Assembly: GCA_041690395.1 (NCBI GenBank)
Contig: JAWLHJ010000001.1
Span: 512,001-576,000, forward strand
From: Longimicrobiales bacterium
GTDB taxonomy: Bacteria > Gemmatimonadota > Gemmatimonadetes > Longimicrobiales > Gaopeijiaceae
Length of the DNA stretch: 64,000 nt
Direction: 5' to 3'
This document shows, piece after piece, positions 9,739 to 18,693 of the stretch (position 1 is its first letter; the number at the start of each line of letters is the position of its first letter). The notes below the pieces were generated by a model that saw only the letters and a program-made list of their open reading frames with translations, searched no databases and had not been told where the DNA came from. Both the position numbers and the translations under genes were made by a program.

Positions 9739-10527
9739 TCACCGAACGGCGACGAGCACCGCCGTGATGTTGTCCACACCTCCGGCCGCGTTCGCGTCGC
9801 CGATGAGGCCCTCGATGGCGCGCTCCGCCCCCTCCTTCGTTCCGTCGAGCGTGCGTGCGAGCAGGCCCGCGATCTCCCGGTCGGTCAGGCAGGCCATGAG
9901 CCCGTCGGAGCAGAGCAGGAAGACGTCGCCGGGCCCGGTGGTCCCGCTCGACACGCGCGGGTCGGGTGTCTGATCGAGTCCCACGCATTGGGTGAGGAGG
10001 TGGGCCTCGGGATGCCCCTGCGCGTCTTCGCGGCGGAGGTGACCGGACTCGATGCGATCTTCCAGCCAGGTGTCGTCCCGCGTGAGCTGCGTGAGCGTGC
10101 CGTCGGCGAACAGGTAGACGCGCGAGTCCCCCACGTTGCCGATCGTGTAGCCCGTTCCCCCGGGGTCGAGCGCCAGTGCGGACGTCGTCGTGCCCATGCC
10201 GGACAGGCGAGGCTCGGCGCGGCTGCGAGCCAGGACGGCCTCGTGCCCCACGAGGACCGAATCATGCATGGCTCGTTCCCGGGTGTCCGGTGTAACGTTG
10301 GCTCGGTCGGCCGGGGGCGAGCCGTTCGCCAGCGCACGGACGAGCGCATCCGCGGTCGCTCGCGCGGCGATGCGGCTGGCGACGTCACCACCGGGGTGTC
10401 CCCCCATGCCGTCCGCGACCACGACGATGCCGTGCTCCGGCGCGAGGACGAAGCTGTCCTCGTTGCGGGTGCGGCGTCGACCGATGTCGGTGGCGCCCAC
10501 GACGATCCAGGGCGACGGATCGGTCAC
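9739..10527 (-). CDS. PP2C-family Ser/Thr protein phosphatase
   Basis: TDIGRRRTRNED, VADGMGGH, GMGTT, NVGDSRVY, LLCSDGL, GGVDNITA. GTG start at 10527 is tentative (ORF extends to 10560). Confidence 0.9.
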   Translation of the reverse strand: MTDPSPWIVVGATDIGRRRTRNEDSFVLAPEHGIVVVADGMGGHPGGDVASRIAARATADALVRALANGSPPADRANVTPDTRERAMHDSVLVGHEAVLARSRAEPRLSGMGTTTSALALDPGGTGYTIGNVGDSRVYLFADGTLTQLTRDDTWLEDRIESGHLRREDAQGHPEAHLLTQCVGLDQTPDPRVSSGTTGPGDVFLLCSDGLMACLTDREIAGLLARTLDGTKEGAERAIEGLIGDANAAGGVDNITAVLVAVR

Positions 10528-10695
10528 GGGACGAGGGTGTGAGGGTGCATGGGGAGCCAAGCTAGAGGGGCGCTCCGTGGAGGAGCAACAGGGCTAGCGG
10601 ACGACCATCTTTGCCGTGGACGTCGTGACGGGCTATATGGAAGTGCGGAAAGGGAACCTCGGCGACGACGTCGAGTACAGAGCCGCTCACACACG

Positions 10696-10724
10696 TTGAC
10701 ACTCCTGGCCGTGCCCGACACCTT
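10696..10724 (+). promoter_or_regulatory. Putative sigma70-type promoter of sigma factor gene
   Basis: TTGACA (10696-10701), 17-bp spacer, CACCTT (10719-10724). Confidence 0.4.
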
Positions 10725-10826
10725 AAACGGCTCAGGATTTTTTGAAGTCTAGATGTCCCTGGCGTAGAAGGGCGGCCGATTCAGGACGCTTTTCCGCAGG
10801 GGAGGACTCGAAGGAGATAGAAGACT

Positions 10827-11732
10827 ATGGCAGCTGCCCCGACTGGTAAGCGTCGGAAACGTCGCGGCAAAGGGAACCTGCTCTCCGGCTTCGACGCGAG
10901 CGTCGAAGAGCAGAGCGCTCTTGATCAGTACCTGCGCGACGTGAGCCGCCATGAGCTCATTACTCCCGACAAGGAGAAGGAGCTCGGTGCTCGCGCCCAG
11001 AAGGGTGATCAGGATGCGATCCAGGAGCTGGCCCGCGCGAACCTGCGCTTCGTGATCAGCGTGGCCAAGAAGTACCAGAACCGCGGCGTTTCCCTCACGG
11101 ATCTCATCCAGGAAGGGAACGTCGGTCTGGTCACGGCGGCGCGTAAGTTCGATCCCGAGCAGGGCGTGAAGTTCATCAGCTACGCCGTGTGGTGGATCCG
11201 GCAGGCGATTCTCGCTTCGCTGGCCAACCACGGCCGCGCGGTGCGTGTGCCGCTCAACCGCGCGAGCGATCTGGCGCGCATCTTCCGTGAGAAGGAGCGG
11301 CTCAAGCAGGAGAAGGGTCGCGAGCCGACCACGGACGAGCTGGCCGAGGCCACGTCGTTGACGCCGGAGCTGGTCGAGTCGCTGCAGACGCTGAACGCCG
11401 CCGAGATCCGTCTCGATGCGCCGATCGGTGACTCCGAGGATTCGCAGCTCGTGGAGCGCTTCATCACCGAGGAGGCCGCCGAGCCGGAGATCGAGGTCGA
11501 GAGTCGGCTCCTTACCGAGACGATCACGGAAGCACTTTCCACGCTCGAGGCGCGTGACGCGAAGGTGCTGCGTCTCTACTTCGGCCTGGAAGGGGAGCGT
11601 GAGCACACACTCGAGGAGATCGGCAACCTGCTGGGCGTGACGCGCGAGCGGATCCGTCAGTTGCGGGACCGGGCGCTGCGCCGTCTCCGCGAGGGCGACA
11701 AAGGCAACGCCCTGGAGTCGTTCGCGGCGTGA
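10827..11732 (+). CDS. RNA polymerase sigma factor, RpoD/RpoS-type (lacking region 1.1)
   Basis: AAGGAG RBS; LDQYLRDV, ANLRFVISVAKKY, DLIQEGNVGL, KFISYAVWWIRQAI, TLEEIG..LGVTRERIRQL. Confidence 0.95.
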   Translation: MAAAPTGKRRKRRGKGNLLSGFDASVEEQSALDQYLRDVSRHELITPDKEKELGARAQKGDQDAIQELARANLRFVISVAKKYQNRGVSLTDLIQEGNVGLVTAARKFDPEQGVKFISYAVWWIRQAILASLANHGRAVRVPLNRASDLARIFREKERLKQEKGREPTTDELAEATSLTPELVESLQTLNAAEIRLDAPIGDSEDSQLVERFITEEAAEPEIEVESRLLTETITEALSTLEARDAKVLRLYFGLEGEREHTLEEIGNLLGVTRERIRQLRDRALRRLREGDKGNALESFAA

Positions 11733-12721
11733 CGCGCAGGCCGCGTTCGCGGCCGGGCAAGCCCCGAAACGCCCCTCGTGGGAGCGATACGCCGCTCTCG
11801 CGGGGGGCGTTTTTCGGTGTGGTACACGAGAGCGCGGGCGGCACCTACGTGGTGGAGCTCGACGACGGCCGCAGGGTCGAGGCGAGCCTACGGGGTCGGG
11901 TGAAGCGCGCGACCAGCCATCAGGGTCAGGTGGTCATCGGCGACCGCGTCGGCGTGACCGAGTCCGGCGACTCGTGGACGGTCGAGTCCGTGGAGCCGCG
12001 CGAGTCCGCGTTGGTGCGGCGCGGACGTGGGGGTCGTGCGGGTAAGATTCTCGCGGCCAACCTCGACCGGGTCCTGACGGTGGTCGCGCTCCGTGACCCC
12101 CCGGCGAATCCGGACCTGGTCGACCGGCTCCTCGCTCTCGTCGAAGCCAGCGGCATGCGGCCCATGCTGGTCGTCAACAAGGTCGATCTGGCGATCGGAA
12201 CCGACGAGCTCGCGAAGCTCGTCGACCTCTACGAGTCGCTCGGGTACCGCGTGCTCCCGGTCAGCGCGCACTCGGGCGACGGAGTGGACGAGCTGCGGAC
12301 GCTGCTGGCGGACGGGTCGTCGGCTCTGGTCGGGCCGTCCGGGGTGGGGAAGTCGTCGCTGCTGAACGCCCTCGAGCCCGGACTCTCCCTGAAGGTGGGA
12401 GGACTGTCGCGGAAGACGGGCACCGGAAAGCACACGACGGTCGGTTCCCGCCTGATCCGGTTGGAGAGCGGCGGCCTCGTGGCGGACACGCCGGGCTTCA
12501 GCGACGTCGGGCTCTGGGGTGTGGCGCCCGAAGACGTCGAAGCCTGCTTCCCGGAGATCGAGGCCGAGGCCGAGGGATGCCACTTCCGCTCGTGCACGCA
12601 CCGGACCGAGCCCAAATGCGCGGTGCGCGACGCGGTGGAGGAGGGGCGGCTGTTCGCCTCGAGATACGCGAGCTATCTGGCGCTGCGGGCCGACGCGGAG
12701 GACGCGGCGGACCCGGGTTAG
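11729..12721 (+). CDS. rsgA: Ribosome small subunit-dependent GTPase A
   Basis: OB fold VIGDRV, AANLD, NKVD, GPSGVGKSSLLN, GKHTT, DTPGF, C-terminal zinc finger CHFRSCTHRTEPKCAV. Start uncertain (11729 or 11819). Confidence 0.93.
   Translation: MTRRPRSRPGKPRNAPRGSDTPLSRGAFFGVVHESAGGTYVVELDDGRRVEASLRGRVKRATSHQGQVVIGDRVGVTESGDSWTVESVEPRESALVRRGRGGRAGKILAANLDRVLTVVALRDPPANPDLVDRLLALVEASGMRPMLVVNKVDLAIGTDELAKLVDLYESLGYRVLPVSAHSGDGVDELRTLLADGSSALVGPSGVGKSSLLNALEPGLSLKVGGLSRKTGTGKHTTVGSRLIRLESGGLVADTPGFSDVGLWGVAPEDVEACFPEIEAEAEGCHFRSCTHRTEPKCAVRDAVEEGRLFASRYASYLALRADAEDAADPG
11764..11817 (+). terminator. Intrinsic terminator-like hairpin after sigma gene
   Basis: CCGAAACGCCCCTCG-TGGGAGCG...CGCTCTCG-CGGGGGGCGTTTTTCGG long stem ending in a T-run. 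Confidence 0.6.
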
Positions 12722-12761
12722 GGCTCGGTCGAGGGGAGAGGGTCCGCCCGTGCCCGGCTGC

Positions 12762-12936
12762 TTCCGCCCGAGGTTCGAAAGTCGTTCGAAAGTCGAAAGA
12801 TCTTCGAGGGCCTTGTGCCGGTGATTCCCGGGGCGTTGTCCGCGCCATAGCGGTGTTTCGAGGCCGACGTTGCCGTGGGCGCGCCGGAAGCGATCGTTCG
12901 ACTTTCGAACGACTTTCGAGGCAGCGACAAGAGACG
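12762..12936. repeat. Palindromic intergenic repeat family A, copy 1 (REPIN/MITE-like)
   Basis: 28-bp IR arms 12775-12802 and 12892-12919 (27/28 match); alignable by eye to the reverse complement of 24368-24541. Confidence 0.85.
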
Positions 12937-13023
12937 CAACTCTACGCAGTCCGTGTGCAGTCCGACCCCCAGCCCGCCCGCCGCTGCCGCGCCGCCGCCG
13001 CCCCGGCTCCCGACGACCCCGAC

Positions 13024-13806
13024 TCAGCCCGACGCCAACGGCGTGACCCTCGGGGCTCCGGTCGTCGGGTCCGCGTGCACCGCGAGCGGCCATCCGTACA
13101 CGGCCCGAAGGATGTCCTCGCGCACGACGTCGCCCGGCGTGCCCTCCGCTGCGACGACACCGCGCGACAGCAGCAGCAGCCGGTCGGCGAACCGGGCCGC
13201 CATGTCGAGCCCGTGCGTGATCAGGAGCACGGTCATGCCCGAGTCGGCCGAGGAGCGCAGCAGCTCCAGGATCGTCATCTCGTGCCCGATGTCGAGGCTG
13301 GCGGTGGGCTCGTCGAGCACGAGCGCCCGGGGCTCCTGGGCGAGGGCGCGGGCCAGCCGGGCCCGCTGGAACTCGCCGCCCGAGAGGGTCGTGACGTCCC
13401 GCCCCGCCAGCTCGGTCAGGTCGCACGATACGAGCGCGCGCTCGATCGCCTCGCGGTCGCGGTCCCGCTCCCGCTCCAGGGGCCCGAGGTACGGATACCG
13501 CCCCATCGCGACCAGCTCTCTCGTGGTGAGCGGGAACGAGATCGACTCCGACTGCGTCACCGCCCCCACGGCGCGCGCCAGCTCGCGACGCTCCCAGGCG
13601 GTGACCGGACGGCCGTCGATCTCGACCCGGCCCCGCTCCGTCGGCAGCAGGCCGAGCAGCGCCCGCATGAGGGACGACTTCCCCGAGCCGTTCGGGCCCA
13701 GCACGGCATACAACGACCCCGAGGGGACATCCATGGAGACGTCGTCGAGGGCCGGCCTATCACTCCCCGGATACCGCACCACCAGCCCCTCCGCCGTGAG
13801 CCTCAT
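13024..13806 (-). CDS. Cobalamin/iron-chelate ABC transporter ATP-binding protein (BtuD/HmuV/FepC-like)
   Basis: ATG at 13806 (MRLTAEGL); GPNGSGKS, LSGGEFQR, LVLDEPT, ITH. Confidence 0.92.
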   Translation of the reverse strand: MRLTAEGLVVRYPGSDRPALDDVSMDVPSGSLYAVLGPNGSGKSSLMRALLGLLPTERGRVEIDGRPVTAWERRELARAVGAVTQSESISFPLTTRELVAMGRYPYLGPLERERDRDREAIERALVSCDLTELAGRDVTTLSGGEFQRARLARALAQEPRALVLDEPTASLDIGHEMTILELLRSSADSGMTVLLITHGLDMAARFADRLLLLSRGVVAAEGTPGDVVREDILRAVYGWPLAVHADPTTGAPRVTPLASG

Positions 13807-14795
13807 GGCGTGGCGACGCTCCGGCGCAGCAGGACCAGGAAGAAGGGCACGCCGACGAACGCCGTGATCACCCCGATGGGGATCTCCGTCGGAGCCAGGG
13901 CCAGGCGCGCACCGAGGTCCGCCAGCGTGAGGAAGGCCGCGCCGGCCAGGAAGGAGAGCGGCAGGAGCGCGCGGTGGTCCGATCCGATCACGAGGCGCAC
14001 CGCGTGCGGAACCACGAGCCCCACGAAGCCGATGACGCCGGCGACCGCGACGCCCGACGCGGTGATCAGCGCCGCGACCACCAGCGAGATCCGCTTCACC
14101 CGCTCGACGTCGGCGCCGAGGTGGTGGGCGGTCTCCTCGCCGATGGCCAGCAGGTTGAGCGGGCGGGCCATCGCCACGAGGAGGAGCACGGCCGGGGTCG
14201 TGTAGACGGCCGTCAGCAGGACGCTCCGCCAGGTGGCGCCCGCGAGGCTGCCCATGATCCACAGGACGGCGCTCTGGACGGTCCGCGCCGGCGAGATGGC
14301 CAGGATGAACGCGATACACGCCGAGAAGAAGGCCGCGACGACCACCCCCGCGAGCAGGAGGACCCGCACGTCCATGGCGCGGCCCGTGGCGGTCGCCACC
14401 CGGAAAACGAGCACGATCGCGAGCACGGCACCGGCGAACGCGGCCAGCGGGAGCGCCCACGACCCGGCCGCCACCCAGCCGAACGCCAGCACCAGCACCG
14501 CGCCCACGGAGGCCCCGCCCGATATCCCCAGGATATAGGGTTCGGCGAGCGGATTGCGCAGGAGCGCCTGGAATGTGGCACCGGCGATCGCGAGGCCGCC
14601 GCCGACGAGCACGCCGAGGAAGACCCGTGGCAGCCGCAGCCGGAGCACGATGTCCTGGACGACAGGGTCGCCGTTGCCGCCGAGCGCGGCCAGGACCTCG
14701 GCGGTGGTCAGGGGCACCGAGCCGAGCCGCACGCTCAGGAGCACCGAGACGAGCGTCGCGATGAGGAGACCGACGCCGAGCGTCCAGCGGCTCAT
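13803..14795 (-). CDS. Cobalamin/iron-chelate ABC transporter permease (BtuC/FecCD family)
   Basis: LRLPR, FQALLRNPLAEPYILGISGGA, IGFVGLVVPH, EIPIGVITA. Confidence 0.93.
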   Translation of the reverse strand: MSRWTLGVGLLIATLVSVLLSVRLGSVPLTTAEVLAALGGNGDPVVQDIVLRLRLPRVFLGVLVGGGLAIAGATFQALLRNPLAEPYILGISGGASVGAVLVLAFGWVAAGSWALPLAAFAGAVLAIVLVFRVATATGRAMDVRVLLLAGVVVAAFFSACIAFILAISPARTVQSAVLWIMGSLAGATWRSVLLTAVYTTPAVLLLVAMARPLNLLAIGEETAHHLGADVERVKRISLVVAALITASGVAVAGVIGFVGLVVPHAVRLVIGSDHRALLPLSFLAGAAFLTLADLGARLALAPTEIPIGVITAFVGVPFFLVLLRRSVATP

Positions 14796-15694
14796 GGTGA
14801 AGCGGGCGCGAGGGGCCCGTGGATGAGCTCGGCCAGCTGCAGCGCGGCGTCCGCGAGATGGGGCCCGGGGATCTCGATGCTCTCATCGACGATCTCGATG
14901 CGCGCGTCCGGCGCGAGCGACGGGTCGAAGACGTCCGTTCCCGAGACCAGCACGACGTCGATCTCCCGGGACCGGATCTCCTCCGGACTCACCCCGGCGT
15001 ACAACTCGCCCAGGTCGGAGAACACGTTGTCGCCGCCAGCCAGCGTGACGAGCTCATGGATGTACGTGCCGGGTCCGGCCACCCACGGCGGCGTGCCGCC
15101 GAGCACGTATGCGACCCGCTTCCGGGGATGCGGGCGGACCCGTTCCTCGACTTCGGCCAGGCCCGCCTCGATGCGGGCGACGAGCTCGGCCGCCGACGCC
15201 TCGAGTCCGGTGGCGCGGCCGAGGACGCGCACGGTCTCCAGCACGTCCTCGACACGGTCCGGCCGCACGGCGATGTGCGGAATACCGAGGTCGTCCAGAC
15301 GGGCCGGCGTGCGGCGGTCCTGGCTCCCGGCGAAGCGCACGACGAGGTCCGGTCGGAGCGAGACGATGGCCTCGAGGTTGGGCTCGAGCCCGCCCCCCAC
15401 CGACGGGAGGTCGGCCACCCACGCGCCGGTGTCGAAGTCGGTCCGGCCGACGAGTCGGTCCGCGGCACCGATCTCGCGCAGCGTGAGGGTCGCGGAGGGA
15501 ACCAGCGAGATGATGCGGGTGGCGGAACCCTGCGGTTCCGGGCGATCGCCCTCCTGCGCACCTTCCTCCGCCCCGTCCCCCCCACACGCCGCCGCGAAGA
15601 TCGTGAGGAGGAGTGCGTGCACGACGCCGGCGATACGTCGGAAGGCGCGCCGTCGCCTCGGAAGAGGAGTCCGCGCCCGGTGCGGGCGGATCAA
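14792..15694 (-). CDS. Helical-backbone periplasmic binding lipoprotein (BtuF-like)
   Basis: Lipobox FAAAC, RIISLVPSAT, VGRTDFD, PNLEAIVSLRPDLV, PGPHL. Confidence 0.87.
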   Translation of the reverse strand: MIRPHRARTPLPRRRRAFRRIAGVVHALLLTIFAAACGGDGAEEGAQEGDRPEPQGSATRIISLVPSATLTLREIGAADRLVGRTDFDTGAWVADLPSVGGGLEPNLEAIVSLRPDLVVRFAGSQDRRTPARLDDLGIPHIAVRPDRVEDVLETVRVLGRATGLEASAAELVARIEAGLAEVEERVRPHPRKRVAYVLGGTPPWVAGPGTYIHELVTLAGGDNVFSDLGELYAGVSPEEIRSREIDVVLVSGTDVFDPSLAPDARIEIVDESIEIPGPHLADAALQLAELIHGPLAPASP

Positions 15695-16683
15695 CGCTCC
15701 GTGGTCCCCGCGGTGTGCGGGCAGGCGCTGCCGAACGACCGCGCCCAGCGGCCGTCCGGGCCCCGCTCGAGGGCCACGTATCCGCGGAGACCCTCGCCGA
15801 AGACCTCGAGGAGCACGTCGTCACTCCCGTCCTGGTCCCAGTCGAGGTGCCCGAAGAAGCGGGGCGCGGCCTTCCCCTCCTCGGCCGTGCGGTAGGACAG
15901 GTAGGTTTCCCTGAAGCCCTGCGGGCCCTGGTCGGCCATGATGAACAGGGAGTACGCCGTGGGGCTGGGCGCGGACGTGTCGAGTGTGTCGCCCACGACG
16001 AACGAGGCCGCGAACGACGCCGTGGCGTCTCCGCTCGGCCGGAACGCCCGGATGTCTCGTCGGACCGGAAGCATGCCGTTGGGCGGCCATGGCGCCCCGA
16101 CGCGGGGTAGCGCGTTGCGGCCGATGTCGAGCGACGCGACCCGCTGGTTGTACGTGTGCGCCAGCGGAGCGTAGTCGTCGAAGGGCCACTCCCCGGCGAG
16201 GGTCGCGGGTAGCGCCAGAAGCCGATCCGCGTTGACGGCGGCCGGGAGAAGGCGTGGTACCGCGTCGAGCACCATGCCGAGGCCGCACACCTGGGACGAA
16301 GCTCGAGTGCCGGAGACGGTGGCGGTGCCGACGCGCACTCCGGCAGCGAAGAGGATCCACTCGGAGTCGGCTCCGAGTGCATCGAGGGCAAGATCTCGTC
16401 GGTCCGGATCGGTGGGGAGCGGCTCGAGCCCCGAAGCGCCGAGCATACCGACCGGAGTCAGGGTGAGGGCGGATCCGGTCCTGGTGCCCGCCAGCAGCAG
16501 CGGTCCGATGGGCTCCGGCTCGGCCACGGCCTCGGCGGGGGCCGCCGCCGACTCGGTTCCCGGCGCCCCCTCGCTCGTGGTCTCCGGCGACTCCACGCTC
16601 ACCTCGATGCCGCCCCAGGCCACGTTGTCGCAGCCGGTGGGCACGGTTAAGATCACCGCAATCGCTAGAAAATGGCGTCGCAT
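15691..16683 (-). CDS. Hypothetical lipoprotein
   Basis: Signal peptide with lipobox PTGC; C-terminal DWDQDGSDD Ca-binding-like loop; overlaps the start of the binding-protein gene. Confidence 0.75.
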   Translation of the reverse strand: MRRHFLAIAVILTVPTGCDNVAWGGIEVSVESPETTSEGAPGTESAAAPAEAVAEPEPIGPLLLAGTRTGSALTLTPVGMLGASGLEPLPTDPDRRDLALDALGADSEWILFAAGVRVGTATVSGTRASSQVCGLGMVLDAVPRLLPAAVNADRLLALPATLAGEWPFDDYAPLAHTYNQRVASLDIGRNALPRVGAPWPPNGMLPVRRDIRAFRPSGDATASFAASFVVGDTLDTSAPSPTAYSLFIMADQGPQGFRETYLSYRTAEEGKAAPRFFGHLDWDQDGSDDVLLEVFGEGLRGYVALERGPDGRWARSFGSACPHTAGTTER

Positions 16684-16825
16684 CTGGCCTTCGGGTCGGT
16701 TCGCGCGGTTCGGGACCGCCTTGGCGCGGGCTTCCGAAAGCTAGCGGTGAGGCACCGTCGAGCAAGCGCGGGCCCCGAGCCCCGCCCGGCGACGGCAGAA
16801 TCCCCTGCGTGACACGCGGAGCAAC

Positions 16826-17311
16826 ATGGATCGAAGCGCGAACGAGGTCGACTTCCGCCACGTCATGCGGCGTTTTCCCACCGGCGTCACCATCGTCGCG
16901 GTGGCCGACGCGGCCGGAGAGCCGTGGGGCCTCACGGTCAGCTCCTTCACGTCGGTGTCGCTCGACCCGCCGCTCGTGCTCGTCTGTATCGACCGGTCGT
17001 CCGATACCCACGACAAGCTGGTCGAGGCGCGAGGCTTCGGCGTCAGCGTGCTGTCGGCGAGCCAGGCCGGCGTCGCGAGCCGGTTCGCGGTCGACCCTTC
17101 CGAGGGACGGTTCAACGAGGTGGCCTGGGGGCTCGGACCCGCTGGATACCCGGTGCTGCATGGAGCCGCCGCGTGGCTCGAGTGCGACCTGCACGACGTG
17201 CTTCCCGGCGGAGACCATTCGATCATCCTGGGTCAGGTGCGAGGCACCGGAGTGTCCGACCGGCCGTCGATGGTCTACCACGAAGGTGCCTTCGGATCGG
17301 TCGCTCCGTGA
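16826..17311 (+). CDS. Flavin reductase family protein
   Basis: FRHVMRRFPTGVTIV, GLTVSSFTSVSLDPPLVLVC, GGDHSIILG. Confidence 0.93.
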   Translation: MDRSANEVDFRHVMRRFPTGVTIVAVADAAGEPWGLTVSSFTSVSLDPPLVLVCIDRSSDTHDKLVEARGFGVSVLSASQAGVASRFAVDPSEGRFNEVAWGLGPAGYPVLHGAAAWLECDLHDVLPGGDHSIILGQVRGTGVSDRPSMVYHEGAFGSVAP

Positions 17312-18693
17312 CGAGCCCCGCCCGCCATCCCCTGGGGTGGGCGCCCGTGCTCGTGGTGGGAATCGTGTGCGCGGTGGCCGCGGAGGTCGCTATCGGCCTT
17401 CTCCTCTATGCCGGACCGGGCTTCAACCGGTCGCTGACGACGCTCCTCACGGTCGAGGCGCTCGCCCTCGCCGTCGGAATGCGCTTCCCGGTGCCGGCGC
17501 CGGAGATCACCGACGGACTCAGGCGCCGGTGGCTGCTGGCCCTCGTGGCGTTCCTGGTCGCCACCGTGTTCGGAACGCTGTGGACCATCATGCCGAGCCT
17601 GGGAAGCGGACGGTGGGGTCAGGGGTTCGGCCTCGCCGTGCTCGCGGGGCTGCCGCTCTACGCCTGCGGTACCCTGTTCAGCGGGCTGGCCGGGGAGGCG
17701 AGTGAGCAAGGCCCGCCGGCCGGCGCTCGGCTGGCGGCGGTCGGCACGCTCGGGGCGGCCCTCGGCTTCTCCGCGACGGGTCTGCTCCTGCCCCGCGCCC
17801 CCACGCCGTCGTCGCTCCTGGTCGGATGCCTCGTGCTCCTCTCCCTGGCGGGCATGGCCTACGGCGTCGTGCGGACCGGCCGGCCGCGTCGTCGTCTGGT
17901 CGCCGAGGGATGCGCTGGGCCGCCGCCGGTGCGGGTCGAGGAGCGGGTCGAGGCCGGGGGCCGGGCGGTGGATTGGGTTCTGATGGAGGGTCCCGTCGTG
18001 CGCGCGGTGCGGCGCATGGCTGTCGCGGACGCCCCCGGCGGCCGGCGTCACGAGGGCGATCGTCCCGATGACGGACCCTGGGACGTGGCTGCGGTCCGCG
18101 AACGTGCCGCGTCCGCGCCTGGTGGCTGGCGCCTTCTGCACGTGGGTGGGGGAGCGTCGCGGGCCGCGCTGGTGGCGGTACGAGACGGCGGCGCCGCGGA
18201 GGCGACCGTGCTCGAGCGGGCTCACTGCGTCGTGGATCTGGGGCGGTCGCACTTCGCGACCGGCCTGCCGGACCAGGACCAGGACGCGGCCGTCGCGCCT
18301 GCGCTCGCCGCGCCCCCGGACGCGCCAGCGACCGTTCCCGCGGACGCCCCACCGGGCCTCCGCGTCCGGGTCGGCAACGTCGGCGATGCCGTCCGGGAGC
18401 TGACCGGCCACTACGACCTGGTCCTCGTCGACGGGCGGATGCTCGACGCGATCGGAGGGGCCGATGCGCTCTCGCTGGCCGCCCGTGAGGAGCTGGCTCG
18501 CCTCGTAGGTCCGGGGGGAGCGATGGTGTGGGGTCCGAAGGCCGCGCACCACCCGAAAGGGCTGGCCGGACCGGGGTGGGCCGCCAGCCGGCGCGACCGG
18601 TCGGATCCGGTCGAGGAAGTGCTGGTGCTCCGCCGGGAGGAGGCGCCGAGCCCGGTCGCGACGTCTCCGGAGGGAGGCCCGACGACGTCGTGA
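17308..18693 (+). CDS. Membrane protein with degenerate spermidine-synthase/SAM-MTase-like C-terminal domain
   Basis: GTGA-coupled start; about 6 hydrophobic helices, then LLHVGGGAS, TVLE, VGNVGD, YDLVLVD. Confidence 0.6.
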   Translation: MTSPARHPLGWAPVLVVGIVCAVAAEVAIGLLLYAGPGFNRSLTTLLTVEALALAVGMRFPVPAPEITDGLRRRWLLALVAFLVATVFGTLWTIMPSLGSGRWGQGFGLAVLAGLPLYACGTLFSGLAGEASEQGPPAGARLAAVGTLGAALGFSATGLLLPRAPTPSSLLVGCLVLLSLAGMAYGVVRTGRPRRRLVAEGCAGPPPVRVEERVEAGGRAVDWVLMEGPVVRAVRRMAVADAPGGRRHEGDRPDDGPWDVAAVRERAASAPGGWRLLHVGGGASRAALVAVRDGGAAEATVLERAHCVVDLGRSHFATGLPDQDQDAAVAPALAAPPDAPATVPADAPPGLRVRVGNVGDAVRELTGHYDLVLVDGRMLDAIGGADALSLAAREELARLVGPGGAMVWGPKAAHHPKGLAGPGWAASRRDRSDPVEEVLVLRREEAPSPVATSPEGGPTTS

